From positions 23,911 through 87,910 of the forward strand of contig JAZLAB010000060.1 of the NCBI GenBank assembly GCA_045612985.1: a stretch of 64,000 nucleotides of DNA, written 5' to 3'. How positions within the stretch are numbered: position 1 is the first letter of the stretch; the number at the start of each line of letters is the position of its first letter. Both the position numbers and the translations under genes were made by a program. This DNA is from Faecousia sp. (lineage in GTDB: Bacteria; Bacillota; Clostridia; Oscillospirales; Oscillospiraceae). Under the pieces are notes generated by a model. The model saw only the letters and a program-made list of their open reading frames with translations. It had not been told where the DNA came from and ran no database searches. This document shows, piece after piece, positions 27,952 through 37,461 of this stretch.

Positions 27952-28863
27952 TTACTCCTTATTTCCCAGTTTTTCAAAGAAACGAAAAGATAGCGGCCAC
28001 ACAATACCGGCAACGATCACAATCAAAAAATACCGCGCCGCTCTACCGACAGATTCGCCCAAGATCATATTCAGTGGCGTTTTCAGTCCGCTTTTTACCG
28101 CCAACACGATACCAAGCCCGATTATAACTTTTAGAATCTGCGCCCACCAAACAGCCTTTGTAGAAAAATGATGCCACTTTTCGTCCACAATATACACAAC
28201 AATCAGTCCAAGCAGCGCGCCAAGCAAGGTATAGGCATTTTTATATCCGGACTCCAAGTTATGAACATCAATGTCTGCCGGGAATTTATAGAATTCAACA
28301 AAGCACAAAAAACCAATCGCCAATGCAGTCATAATGCAGAGCATTATCGGAATTCTCTTTTGGGAATTTCCCAGAAATATCGGTTTCAAAGCAAAAATCA
28401 ATACAACCGCCATTACTGCAGCGACCAGCACATCCAACGGAGTGTGCACACCAATATACATTCTGGACAGCGGCACAAGCACAGCAATGCAAATAGATAC
28501 AATACGAACCGCTTTATGCTTTGTGGTATAAGCAATTGCACCAAATGTGCCAATCGCGTTCTGGGAATGGCCGCTGGGAAAGCTATATCCGGAAGCGGCC
28601 TCTCTCGCCTGCTCCAGGATGGTAAAATTCTCATCCAGCACCCAAGGCCGGGGAATCCGGAACCACAGTTTCATAAACTGGTTGGCAAGTGTCCCTAAAA
28701 AGCCAACACCCAAGACATAATAACCCTTGTATTTATCAATACACCAAAACACGATCAGTGCCACAACGAGAAATGCAGTTTCCTCGCCCAGCTTGGTGAT
28801 CAAGAGCATAAATTCATTGAGCACAGGAACGCGGATCTTCTCCAGAAAATATAGAAATTCCAT
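27952..28863 (-). CDS. PAP2 family phosphatase
   Basis: K.....RP, SFPSGH and SRMYIGVH motifs. Confidence 0.9.
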   Translation of the reverse strand: MEFLYFLEKIRVPVLNEFMLLITKLGEETAFLVVALIVFWCIDKYKGYYVLGVGFLGTLANQFMKLWFRIPRPWVLDENFTILEQAREAASGYSFPSGHSQNAIGTFGAIAYTTKHKAVRIVSICIAVLVPLSRMYIGVHTPLDVLVAAVMAVVLIFALKPIFLGNSQKRIPIMLCIMTALAIGFLCFVEFYKFPADIDVHNLESGYKNAYTLLGALLGLIVVYIVDEKWHHFSTKAVWWAQILKVIIGLGIVLAVKSGLKTPLNMILGESVGRAARYFLIVIVAGIVWPLSFRFFEKLGNKE

Positions 28864-29015
28864 AATCTGACTCCTTTTCTTTTCTCAATTATACACCTGT
28901 AAATGAAAATTGTAAAGTTTTCCAAAACAGTTTGCTGAATCTCTTGTCAAAACTGCAACATCGATTATAATTGCAATTATTAAGGTTATACTAACAAAAA
29001 TCTAAGGAGAGACTT

Positions 29016-29744
29016 ATGCCATACTATACACCCTATTTTTACGGCTTTGACTGGACATATTTATATCTTGTGCTTCCCTGTATCATTTTGTCCATTTGGG
29101 CAAGCAGCCGGGTAAACAGCACCTTTAAGCGCTACTCCGCCCAGTATTCCTCCCGAAATATTACCGGTGCCCAGGCCGCCAAACAAGTACTGCAGCGCAG
29201 CGGTGTTTACGGTGTGCAGATCCAAAGAGTGTCCGGCAATTTGACGGATCATTACGATCCAAAAGCTAATGTGATTCGGCTGTCTGACAGCGTTTTTGAC
29301 AGCACATCAACCGCAGCAATCGGCGTTGCCTGCCACGAGGCGGGACACGCCGTGCAGTATGCGGAAAGTTATGCGCCTATTAAGCTACGAGCCGCAATTA
29401 TTCCAATTACGAACTTTGGATCAAAGCTTGCTATGCCGCTGGTACTGATCGGCTTACTTTTTTCTTCCCTTGGTACTTTTTCCTATACCATCGTCTATAT
29501 TGGAATTGGCTGCTTTGCTTTGTCTTTGGTGTTTCAGTTGATCACACTTCCAGTTGAATTCAATGCAAGCCGAAGAGCTATGCAGGCCATTGAAGAAGAT
29601 GGCATATTAACGGAACAAGAGCAACAGGGTGCACAGAAAACCCTTTCTGCTGCGGCAATGACTTATGTAGCTGCCACTGCTGTTGCCCTTGCACAGCTGC
29701 TTCGACTGCTCAGTATTTTCGGAGGCAGACGAAGAAGAAATTAA
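29016..29744 (+). CDS. Neutral zinc metallopeptidase (YugP family)
   Basis: LTDHYDP, HEAGH, LPVEFNAS.RA, AAAMTYVA. Confidence 0.9.
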   Translation: MPYYTPYFYGFDWTYLYLVLPCIILSIWASSRVNSTFKRYSAQYSSRNITGAQAAKQVLQRSGVYGVQIQRVSGNLTDHYDPKANVIRLSDSVFDSTSTAAIGVACHEAGHAVQYAESYAPIKLRAAIIPITNFGSKLAMPLVLIGLLFSSLGTFSYTIVYIGIGCFALSLVFQLITLPVEFNASRRAMQAIEEDGILTEQEQQGAQKTLSAAAMTYVAATAVALAQLLRLLSIFGGRRRRN

Positions 29745-29754
29745 TATACCGAAA

Positions 29755-29788
29755 AACACCGCCAAATCTTGACAATTTTGGCGGTGTT
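29755..29788 (+). terminator. Hairpin/terminator after the YugP-family gene, overlapping the next promoter
   Basis: AACACCGCCAAA-N10-TTTGGCGGTGTT. Confidence 0.65.
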
Positions 29789-29797
29789 GTTTATACT
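29769..29797 (+). promoter_or_regulatory. SigA promoter of AbrB-family / YnbB / EamA operon
   Basis: TTGACA-17-TATACT. Confidence 0.75.
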
Positions 29798-29840
29798 ATT
29801 TAGGTATGAAAAATATGAAAAGTAGGAAAGAAGGGATTTT

Positions 29841-30083
29841 ATGGCAGGCGGTAAACATATTCTCGGCAAAACAAATGCCCGAAGAGTTTTCGGTACGGCA
29901 AAAGTCGGCGACAGAGGCCAGATCGTTATTCCAAAGGAAGCCCGGGAGCTGTTCCATATTCAACCGGGAGACACATTGCTGATCCTTGGAGAAAAGGAAA
30001 CCGGGTTGATCGTATCCAGGCCGGAAATTCTCAGCGACATTGCCAATCAAATCTTCGACACCGTTAGAAAAGAGGACAAATAA
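29841..30083 (+). CDS. AbrB/MazE/SpoVT family DNA-binding protein
   Basis: KVGDRGQIVIPKEARE...I.PGD.L. Confidence 0.9.
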   Translation: MAGGKHILGKTNARRVFGTAKVGDRGQIVIPKEARELFHIQPGDTLLILGEKETGLIVSRPEILSDIANQIFDTVRKEDK

Positions 30084-31366
30084 TGCTTAAGTTACAAGAG
30101 TTTTATCAAGAGATGGGTGTATCCCCTGCTGTTTATGAATACGGTGAACAAGTCTGCAAAAAGTTGCAGAGCCGATTTGAAGAAATCGATCAAATTGCCG
30201 AGTATAACCAGGCGAAGGTTTTAAGCGCAATGCAGAAAAATCGTGTTTCCGCTGCTTGCTTTGCTGCAACTACCGGCTATGGCTATGATGATGTGGGCCG
30301 TGATAACCTGGAAAAAGTTTATGCCGATGTGTTCCACACAGAAGCAGCCCTTGTGCGTCCCCAAATCACCTGCGGCACACACGCGCTGACCGTTGCTCTG
30401 TCTGCCAATCTGCTTCCCGGCGATGAACTGCTGTCCCCTGTTGGTCTGCCCTACGATACTTTGCAGGAAGTGATCGGCATTCGGGAAAGTCCTTGTTCTT
30501 TGAAAGAATATGGCGTTTCCTATCGGCAGGTGGATCTGCTGGCTGACGGCACTTTTGATTACGAAGGGATTCGTAAGGCCATCAATGAAAAAACCCGTCT
30601 GGTAACCATCCAGCGCTCCAAAGGCTATGCAACCCGCCCCACCTTCTCCGTTACACAGATTGGTCAGCTGATTGCCTTTATTAAGAACATTAAGCCGGAT
30701 GTGGTCTGTATGGTCGACAACTGCTATGGTGAGTTTGTGGAAACCATAGAGCCCTCCGATGTAGGCGCAGATATGGTAGTTGGATCCTTGATCAAGAATC
30801 CCGGTGGCGGCCTTGCACCCATCGGTGGCTACATCTGCGGTACTGAAGAATGTGTAAACCGTTGCGCTTACCGGCTTTCCGCTCCCGGCCTCGGCCAGGA
30901 GGTTGGCGCAAATCTGGGATTGATGCCCGCTCTCTATCAAGGCTTCTTCCTTGCTCCCACCGTGGTTGCCAGCGCAGAAAAAGGCGCGATCTTCGCTGCA
31001 AATCTCTATCAGCCCCTCGGCTTCAAGTGCGTGCCGGATGCGCAGGAAAGTCGACATGACATTATCCAGGCGATTGAACTTAAGAGTGAAGAAGGAATGA
31101 TCGCCTTCTGCGGCGGCATTCAGGCTGCCGCGCCGGTAGATTCCTTTGCAACACCCCTTCCCTGGGAAATGCCCGGCTACAATGACAAGGTTATTATGGC
31201 AGCAGGCGCATTTGTGCAAGGCTCCTCCATTGAATTGTCCGCTGACGGTCCGATTCGCCCACCTTATGCAGTTTATTTCCAGGGTGGTCTGACCTGGCCC
31301 CACGCAAAGCTGGGCATTCTTATGAGTCTGCAAAAAATGGTTGATGCTGGTTTAATAACATTATAA
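30083..31366 (+). CDS. Methionine gamma-lyase family / aluminium-resistance protein YnbB
   Basis: TGYGYDD.GR, QRSKGY, VDNCYGEF, GSLIKNPGGG, IELSADGP. Confidence 0.9.
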   Translation: MLKLQEFYQEMGVSPAVYEYGEQVCKKLQSRFEEIDQIAEYNQAKVLSAMQKNRVSAACFAATTGYGYDDVGRDNLEKVYADVFHTEAALVRPQITCGTHALTVALSANLLPGDELLSPVGLPYDTLQEVIGIRESPCSLKEYGVSYRQVDLLADGTFDYEGIRKAINEKTRLVTIQRSKGYATRPTFSVTQIGQLIAFIKNIKPDVVCMVDNCYGEFVETIEPSDVGADMVVGSLIKNPGGGLAPIGGYICGTEECVNRCAYRLSAPGLGQEVGANLGLMPALYQGFFLAPTVVASAEKGAIFAANLYQPLGFKCVPDAQESRHDIIQAIELKSEEGMIAFCGGIQAAAPVDSFATPLPWEMPGYNDKVIMAAGAFVQGSSIELSADGPIRPPYAVYFQGGLTWPHAKLGILMSLQKMVDAGLITL

Positions 31367-31378
31367 GGAGAAAATTTT

Positions 31379-32299
31379 ATGTCTTGGTTATTCTTTTCAA
31401 TTGCAACTGCCCTTTTATGGGGCGCTGCAGAACTGTTTTACAAAAAAGGCGCTCTGCCCGGAGAAAAATACTCTCACTTGAAAATTTGCGTCTGTGTAGG
31501 CGCTGTTATGGGTATCCATGCTATTTTTACACTGCTGACAAAGGATATCAATTATAACCCCATAAACCTTTTGGTCTATCTGCCGGTATCCTTACTTTAC
31601 ATCATTTCTATGGCCTTTTCCTATTTTGGAATGCGCTTTTTGGAGGAATCCATTTCCGATCCTATCGAAAATACATCCGGTGCCATCTGCAGCCTGCTGT
31701 GTGTAATTTTTCTGAGAGAGTCCCTTACTCCCCTGTCTGTAATTGCCATTGCCATTATCGTAATTGGTGTTTTGGGCGTTGGCTTCATTGAAAACAAGGG
31801 CGAGACACCGAGAAAAAAGAACCTGGGCAAAAAACTGGCAATTGTGGCTTTCTGTATGCCTTTTGTTTATGCCCTGCTGGATGCCTTCGGTTCCTTCGTG
31901 GACATTTTCTATCTGGACGACTTTGCCAGCACGCCTTTGATTGGCGTAACAGAAAACACCATTGAAGATGTGGCAAATACCAGTTATGAATTGACATTTG
32001 CACTGTTTGCTTTGGGCCTGTTCATCTTTATGAAGGCTAAGAAGGTTAAATTTGGTCCTATCCCCAAGCACAAGGACAAGATCCTTGCCGCAGTATTTGA
32101 AACCGCCGGTCAGTTTACATATGTGTATGCCCTCAGCGGTAACGGAGCAATTGCTGCACCGATCATCTCTTCTGTCTGTATTGTTTCCTTGCTTCTTTCC
32201 CGCATTTTCCTGAAAGAAAAGCTGTCCTGGAAAACCTATGCTTTTATTGCAGTCGTGATTATTGGTATTTTGCTACTGGCAGTGAGTGAAGAACTCTAA
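31379..32299 (+). CDS. EamA/DMT family transporter
   Basis: About 10 TM segments, repeated ..IFL.E.L motif. Confidence 0.8.
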   Translation: MSWLFFSIATALLWGAAELFYKKGALPGEKYSHLKICVCVGAVMGIHAIFTLLTKDINYNPINLLVYLPVSLLYIISMAFSYFGMRFLEESISDPIENTSGAICSLLCVIFLRESLTPLSVIAIAIIVIGVLGVGFIENKGETPRKKNLGKKLAIVAFCMPFVYALLDAFGSFVDIFYLDDFASTPLIGVTENTIEDVANTSYELTFALFALGLFIFMKAKKVKFGPIPKHKDKILAAVFETAGQFTYVYALSGNGAIAAPIISSVCIVSLLLSRIFLKEKLSWKTYAFIAVVIIGILLLAVSEEL

Positions 32300-32356
32300 C
32301 GCTGTACATACCATCCATAATGAAATCCCCATCGGAATTATCCGCTGGGGATCTTT

Positions 32357-33091
32357 TTATGCTCTTTTTCTCTTGTTCGCCCGAAAAATTTCCATTGGTA
32401 AGTACATAACGATCAAAACTGCTGCGATCAGTACCGGGAAACCGTACAAATGATTGCCCCACAGCTGCTCAAACAGATATAGGGGGTTTCCTTCGTCTGC
32501 ATACATAAGGAACATAAAGTTCGTGTCCAGCAGCAAATTAATGCCATAGATAGGAATCGCCATCGCAACCAAAAACAGCATATATTTGTGCAGATTCTTC
32601 AGCTTTGGCGCCAATTCACCGGACATTCCCAAAACGATCGGATACATTGCAAGAAGGATATGCACGGTAAAGCTGTGTAAATGCATAAAATTACCAAAGG
32701 GCAGGCTTGTCCAGCTTGGGAAAACGAGTGCTGCGATTGCACCGGGAATACCAACCGTGTACAAGTAACCACTCAAGATTTTTGATGGCCACCAGGCGTG
32801 AACGGTGATCAAAATGATATTCAAACTACAAAGGTGAAGCGGTAGATAAGAAGCAGTGAAGCGTCCTCCAATAATGAGCATCACATCCTTAAAGATCTCG
32901 TCAGCCACCAACAAAAAGGACACGGTTTTTCTCCAGATATTTCTGCCTTTCCCTTCCAGTTTTCGATACCAAAAACAGTTGACAACCGTCAAAACAAGGA
33001 AAAACGCAAGCCAGATAAAATGGATCAGCGAAAAATGGGAAAACCCGACTCCGGAGGGAATCGTTTCGGTAGTATCCAGGAAATATTGCAT
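32357..33091 (-). CDS. YwaF-type (TIGR02206) integral membrane protein
   Basis: F...H, LPLHLC, F..H and N..L.TNFMFL motifs. Confidence 0.8.
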   Translation of the reverse strand: MQYFLDTTETIPSGVGFSHFSLIHFIWLAFFLVLTVVNCFWYRKLEGKGRNIWRKTVSFLLVADEIFKDVMLIIGGRFTASYLPLHLCSLNIILITVHAWWPSKILSGYLYTVGIPGAIAALVFPSWTSLPFGNFMHLHSFTVHILLAMYPIVLGMSGELAPKLKNLHKYMLFLVAMAIPIYGINLLLDTNFMFLMYADEGNPLYLFEQLWGNHLYGFPVLIAAVLIVMYLPMEIFRANKRKRA

Positions 33092-33093
33092 TT

Positions 33094-33357
33094 TTACCTC
33101 TTTTCAGAAAAGTCTTTGCACAGTGCAAGCTTTTCTTCTCTTTTTAAATGCTTTACAGTAATTTCTCTGCGAAGTGCAGCACTGCGGTCCTCACAAGCCT
33201 CCCAGTAGCGCAGAACCAACGGTCCGCGTCCTCGTGTGTATTTTGCGCCCTTGCCGGCATTGTGGGCAGCAAAACGGCGCTCCAGATCATCTGTAATGCC
33301 TGTATAAAGAGTGCCGTCTTTACACTCAAGTATATACAGCACCCAAGGCTTTTCCAT
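33094..33357 (-). CDS. GIY-YIG nuclease family protein (YazA/UPF0213)
   Basis: YILEC.DGTLYTG.T.D..RR...HN.GKGAKYTR.R.P. Confidence 0.92.
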   Translation of the reverse strand: MEKPWVLYILECKDGTLYTGITDDLERRFAAHNAGKGAKYTRGRGPLVLRYWEACEDRSAALRREITVKHLKREEKLALCKDFSEKR

Positions 33358-33358
33358 A

Positions 33359-34810
33359 TTACTGTTTACCCTTCTCTTTCAGCAGCCCGAACTTGATATC
33401 CCACAGTTTCTTCGACAGATCCACATAGTAAGTATGCGGATTGTCAAAACGCTTGACCTCATCCCACAAAGTATCCACCTGCTCCAGGCAGTAGGCACGA
33501 ACCTCCTGTAGCTTTGGGCACTGATAAACCAGCTCACCGTTTTTGAAAATCGGCACCATCAGTTCCTTTGCGGTAAAATTATAAACATTCTTGGTCTTCC
33601 AGGTTGCATCCGGATCAAAAATTTCCATTTCGCCACTGTCATCTACTGTCTCGTCATAGACACACAGGTAGTCAGCGATCGCCTTGCCGGTGTCATTACC
33701 GAAGAAGCGATAAAGCTTTTTGAAGTGGGGATTGGTGATCTTACCGGTATTTTCAGAGATCTTGATTTTGGGAATGATCTCCCCATCTGCCGTTTCAACA
33801 GCGGCAAGCTTGTACACGCCGCCAAAAACAGGTTCACTCTTCGCAGTAATCAGCCGTTCACCCACGCCAAACATATCGATCTGGGCGCCCTGACGCAGCA
33901 GGCCCTGAATAATATACTCATCCAAGGAGTTGGATGCAGAGATCTGACACTCTGTCCAGCCGGCATCATCCAACATTTTTCTTGCCTGTCTGGAAAGATA
34001 AGCAATATCGCCGGAATCCAGACGAATGCCGCACTTGGTGATTCCAAGGGGCTTGAGCACCTCGTTGAAGGCGCGGATCGCATTGGGAACGCCGGATTTC
34101 AGCGTGTTGTAGGTGTCCACAAGTAGCGTCGCATTGTTGGGGTACATCTGGCAGTACGCCTTAAAGGCATCCAACTCCGTATCAAACATCTGTACCCATG
34201 CGTGAGCCATTGTACCGCCGGCATAAACACCGTACAACTGGTCAGAAATGGTACAGGCAGTACCGTTACAGCCGCCAATATAGGCCGCTCTCGCGCCAAG
34301 AATAGCCGCATCAGCGCCCTGGGCTCTGCGGGAGCCAAACTCCAGAACTGTTCTTCCCGCAGCTGCCCGGACAATGCGGTTTGCCTTTGTAGCGATCAGG
34401 CTCTGGTGGTTAATGGACAGAAGAACAAAGGTCTCAATCAGCTGCGCCTCAATAGCCGGAGCACGAATGGTCATAATCGGCTCTTTGGGGAATATCGGTG
34501 TGCCTTCCGGAACGGCCCAAATATCACCTGTAAATCGGAAATTGGCCAGATACTCCAAAAAGTCTTCGGAAAATAGCTTTCGACCGCGAAGATATTCAAT
34601 ATCCTCCGGATCAAAATGCAGGTCCTGAATATACTGAATGATCTGCTCCAATCCGGCAGCAATGGCAAAGCCACCGCCGTCGGGACATTGACGGAAAAAC
34701 ACATCAAAATAGCAAATACGATCTTTATAGCCCTCCTGGAAATAGCCGTTACCCATAGTCAGCTCATAAAAGTCGCAAAGCATTGTTAAATTCAGTTCAT
34801 TATTTGCCAT
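33359..34810 (-). CDS. pncB: Nicotinate phosphoribosyltransferase
   Basis: DFYELTM, EFGSRRAQ, GTMAH, LVDTY, GIRLDSGD, GGVYKL. Confidence 0.95.
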   Translation of the reverse strand: MANNELNLTMLCDFYELTMGNGYFQEGYKDRICYFDVFFRQCPDGGGFAIAAGLEQIIQYIQDLHFDPEDIEYLRGRKLFSEDFLEYLANFRFTGDIWAVPEGTPIFPKEPIMTIRAPAIEAQLIETFVLLSINHQSLIATKANRIVRAAAGRTVLEFGSRRAQGADAAILGARAAYIGGCNGTACTISDQLYGVYAGGTMAHAWVQMFDTELDAFKAYCQMYPNNATLLVDTYNTLKSGVPNAIRAFNEVLKPLGITKCGIRLDSGDIAYLSRQARKMLDDAGWTECQISASNSLDEYIIQGLLRQGAQIDMFGVGERLITAKSEPVFGGVYKLAAVETADGEIIPKIKISENTGKITNPHFKKLYRFFGNDTGKAIADYLCVYDETVDDSGEMEIFDPDATWKTKNVYNFTAKELMVPIFKNGELVYQCPKLQEVRAYCLEQVDTLWDEVKRFDNPHTYYVDLSKKLWDIKFGLLKEKGKQ

Positions 34811-34875
34811 AGAAAGTACCCCTTTCATTGTATGGGCATATTATAAGTCTTTTTTTATCAAATAGCAACCTTTTA

Positions 34876-34904
34876 TTGACAAGACAGGTAAATTTGACTA
34901 TATT
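34876..34904 (+). promoter_or_regulatory. SigA-type promoter
   Basis: TTGACA-17-TATATT. Confidence 0.7.
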
Positions 34905-34931
34905 GTTTCATATAGAATTGGAGGGATACAA

Positions 34932-35318
34932 ATGGAAATCACTGTTGGTATGAAGGGTCAGGTCTCTTCCTATGTGGAGCGGGAGGATACTGCCGCCGAG
35001 GTAGGCTCCGGCAGCCTGCTCGTCTACGCGACACCCTGTATGGTTGCGCTTATGGAAGGTGCTGCCTGCGAGGCGATTGCGGCGGCTTTGCCGGAGGGCA
35101 AAACCTCTGTCGGTACCGCATTGGAGATCGCACACCTTGCCGCAACGCCCGTTGGAATGGATGTCAGCGCAGAAGCAGAAGTCATTGCCGTAGACGGAAA
35201 TGTGATCACATTCTCCGTTACTGCTTTTGACGAATCCGGAAAGATCGGCGAAGGCATCCATAAGCGAGCCGTGATCACCACCCAAAAATTTCTGGACAAA
35301 GTATACGCAAAATTGTAA
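34932..35318 (+). CDS. Hotdog-fold thioesterase (FlK-like)
   Basis: GSG...VYATP.M..LME.A, SVGT...I.H.AATP.G. Confidence 0.88.
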   Translation: MEITVGMKGQVSSYVEREDTAAEVGSGSLLVYATPCMVALMEGAACEAIAAALPEGKTSVGTALEIAHLAATPVGMDVSAEAEVIAVDGNVITFSVTAFDESGKIGEGIHKRAVITTQKFLDKVYAKL

Positions 35319-35329
35319 AAAGAAAGAAG

Positions 35330-36445
35330 ATGTCTCTAATGGAAAAAATCACAGCTTTTTTAAAGAGAAAAGATATTATTTTCTCCGGGAAACGCTACGG
35401 AATTGATGCGCTGGGCGCAATGGCCCAGGGACTGTTCTGCACATTGCTTGTTGGCACGATTCTGAACACCATTGGTCAGCAATTTAACATTGGTTTTCTC
35501 AATGCTATTATTGCAACCATCGGTAAAGGTGAAGGCGCTGTCAGCTACACCATCGGCGGTCTTGCCTCTGCAATGGTCGGCCCCGGCATTGCCATTGCAA
35601 TCGGCTTCGCGCTGCACTGTCCTCCCCTGGTCCTGTTTTCACTGATTCCTGTTGGCTTCGCTGCGAACACAATGGGTGGCGCCGGCGGTCCTTTGGCTGT
35701 TTACTTTGTAGCGATCGTAGCATCCGAGTTTGGCAAATTAGTGTCGAAAGAAACGAAAGTCGACATTTTGGTTACCCCAATCGTTACCGTTTTGGTCGGC
35801 ATTGGCTTTGCCGCATTAGTAGCTTACCCCATTGGCAGCGCTGCAAACGCAGTTGGACAGGCTGTTAAGTGGGCAACATTGCAGCAACCCTTCCTGATGG
35901 GCATTCTTGTTTCTGTCATCATCGGCATTGCGCTAACACTTCCCATCAGCTCTGCCGCCATCTGTGCAGCCCTGTCCTTGACCGGATTGGCCGGCGGCGC
36001 CGCAGTTGCCGGATGCTGCGCCCATATGGTTGGCTTTGCGGTTATGAGCTTCAAGGAAAACCGTTGGGGCGGTCTGGTTGCGCAAGGTATTGGCACAAGT
36101 ATGCTGCAGATGCCGAATCTTGTGAAGAATCCCCGCTGCTGGATCCCGCCTGTTCTGACCTCCGCAATTACCGGCCCTCTGGCAACTTGTCTGTTCAAGC
36201 TGGAAATGAACGGCGCTGCCGTTTCCTCCGGTATGGGCACTTGTGGCCTTGTTGGTCAGATCGGTGTTTACACCGGTTGGGTCAACGATATTGCAGCAGG
36301 AACAAAGACGGCCATTACAGCTTTTGATTGGCTCGGTTTGATACTTATTTGCTTTGTCCTCCCGGCAACTTTGAGCACTGTATTCTGCATCCTCCTTCGT
36401 AGGATCGGATGGATCAAGGAAAATGATCTGAAATTGGATCTATAA
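35330..36445 (+). CDS. PTS EIIC-like membrane protein (EIIC_2 family)
   Basis: AMA.GLF..L..G.I, LPISSAAI, GTSMLQ.PN, GMGT.GL.G. Confidence 0.85.
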   Translation: MSLMEKITAFLKRKDIIFSGKRYGIDALGAMAQGLFCTLLVGTILNTIGQQFNIGFLNAIIATIGKGEGAVSYTIGGLASAMVGPGIAIAIGFALHCPPLVLFSLIPVGFAANTMGGAGGPLAVYFVAIVASEFGKLVSKETKVDILVTPIVTVLVGIGFAALVAYPIGSAANAVGQAVKWATLQQPFLMGILVSVIIGIALTLPISSAAICAALSLTGLAGGAAVAGCCAHMVGFAVMSFKENRWGGLVAQGIGTSMLQMPNLVKNPRCWIPPVLTSAITGPLATCLFKLEMNGAAVSSGMGTCGLVGQIGVYTGWVNDIAAGTKTAITAFDWLGLILICFVLPATLSTVFCILLRRIGWIKENDLKLDL

Positions 36446-36450
36446 ATAAA

Positions 36451-36480
36451 AACTCGTGCAAAGGAAACTTTGCACGAGTT
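36451..36480. terminator. Bidirectional terminator
   Basis: AACTCGTGCAAAG-GAAA-CTTTGCACGAGTT. Confidence 0.8.
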
Positions 36481-36484
36481 AATT

Positions 36485-37084
36485 TTATATTTCTTGCCGT
36501 CCTTCCAAAGCCCGGGACAAGGTTACCTCATCGGCATACTCCAGCTGACTTCCAACAGGAATGCCATAAGCAAGACGCGTTACCTTCACTTCCATCGGCC
36601 GCAGAAGACGGGATATGTACATTGCCGTTGCTTCGCCTTCTGTGTCCGGATTTGTCGCCATGATCACCTCTCGGATATTCCCCTCCGCAACCCGGGCAAG
36701 GAGCTCCCGGATGCGAATATCATCCTGGGTAATGTGATTCAGCGGAGAAATCACACCGTGAAGTACGTGATACACGCCGTTAAATTCCCGGGAGCGCTCC
36801 AAAGCGATCACATCCTTTGGCTCTGCCACAACACATACAACAGACTTGTCCCGAAGATCATCATCGCACACAGCGCAAATATCCCGATCTGTTAAATTCT
36901 GACACACAGGGCAGGTATGCACTGTGTTTTTTGCATCAATAATCGCATCTGCAAAAGCTTTGGCATCTTCCATAGACATACCCAAAACATAAAACGCAAG
37001 TCTTTGGGCTGTCTTACCACCGACACCGGGTAACCGGGCGAACTGGTCTGCCAGCTCCTGCAACGCAGCAGGAAAATATTGCAT
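36485..37084 (-). CDS. recR: Recombination mediator RecR
   Basis: LPGVG.KTA.RLA, C4 finger, TOPRIM EGEATA. Confidence 0.97.
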   Translation of the reverse strand: MQYFPAALQELADQFARLPGVGGKTAQRLAFYVLGMSMEDAKAFADAIIDAKNTVHTCPVCQNLTDRDICAVCDDDLRDKSVVCVVAEPKDVIALERSREFNGVYHVLHGVISPLNHITQDDIRIRELLARVAEGNIREVIMATNPDTEGEATAMYISRLLRPMEVKVTRLAYGIPVGSQLEYADEVTLSRALEGRQEI

Positions 37085-37097
37085 ATTCTCTCCTCAG

Positions 37098-37442
37098 TTA
37101 AAACAAACCGCCCAAATTTAAGCCGCCTGTCAATTTCGCCATATTGTTGGCAGAATCCGCATCTGCAGCGCGCATGGCTTCGTTCACAGCGCCGATAATC
37201 ATATCCTGCAGCATTTCCACATCATCCGGATCAACTGCCTCAGGATTGATCTCAAGGCCTAGCAGCTCATGCTTGCCGTTGACAGTTGCCTTCACCATAC
37301 CACCGCCTGTAGCAGCGCTATAGGTCTTGGTTTCCATCTCTTCCTGCATACGCAGCATTTCCTGCTGCATTTTTTGTGCCTGTTTAATCATCGCAGCCTG
37401 GTTCATACCACCGGGCATACCGCGAAATCCGCCTTTAGCCAT
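37098..37442 (-). CDS. ybaB: Nucleoid-associated protein YbaB/EbfC
   Basis: QAQKMQ..GGGMV..DVEMLQD; lies between dnaX and recR. Confidence 0.95.
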   Translation of the reverse strand: MAKGGFRGMPGGMNQAAMIKQAQKMQQEMLRMQEEMETKTYSAATGGGMVKATVNGKHELLGLEINPEAVDPDDVEMLQDMIIGAVNEAMRAADADSANNMAKLTGGLNLGGLF

Positions 37443-37461
37443 TTATCATACTCTCCTGTTC

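Noticed and set aside
29841-30083. AbrB/MazE protein as antitoxin of a TA pair
   Set aside because: The downstream gene is a PLP enzyme (YnbB family), and no toxin gene is adjacent.
33094-33357. GIY-YIG protein as homing endonuclease or mobilizer of the tRNA cassette
   Set aside because: It is a typical stand-alone 87-aa YazA/UPF0213 protein in the pncB operon, with no intron context.
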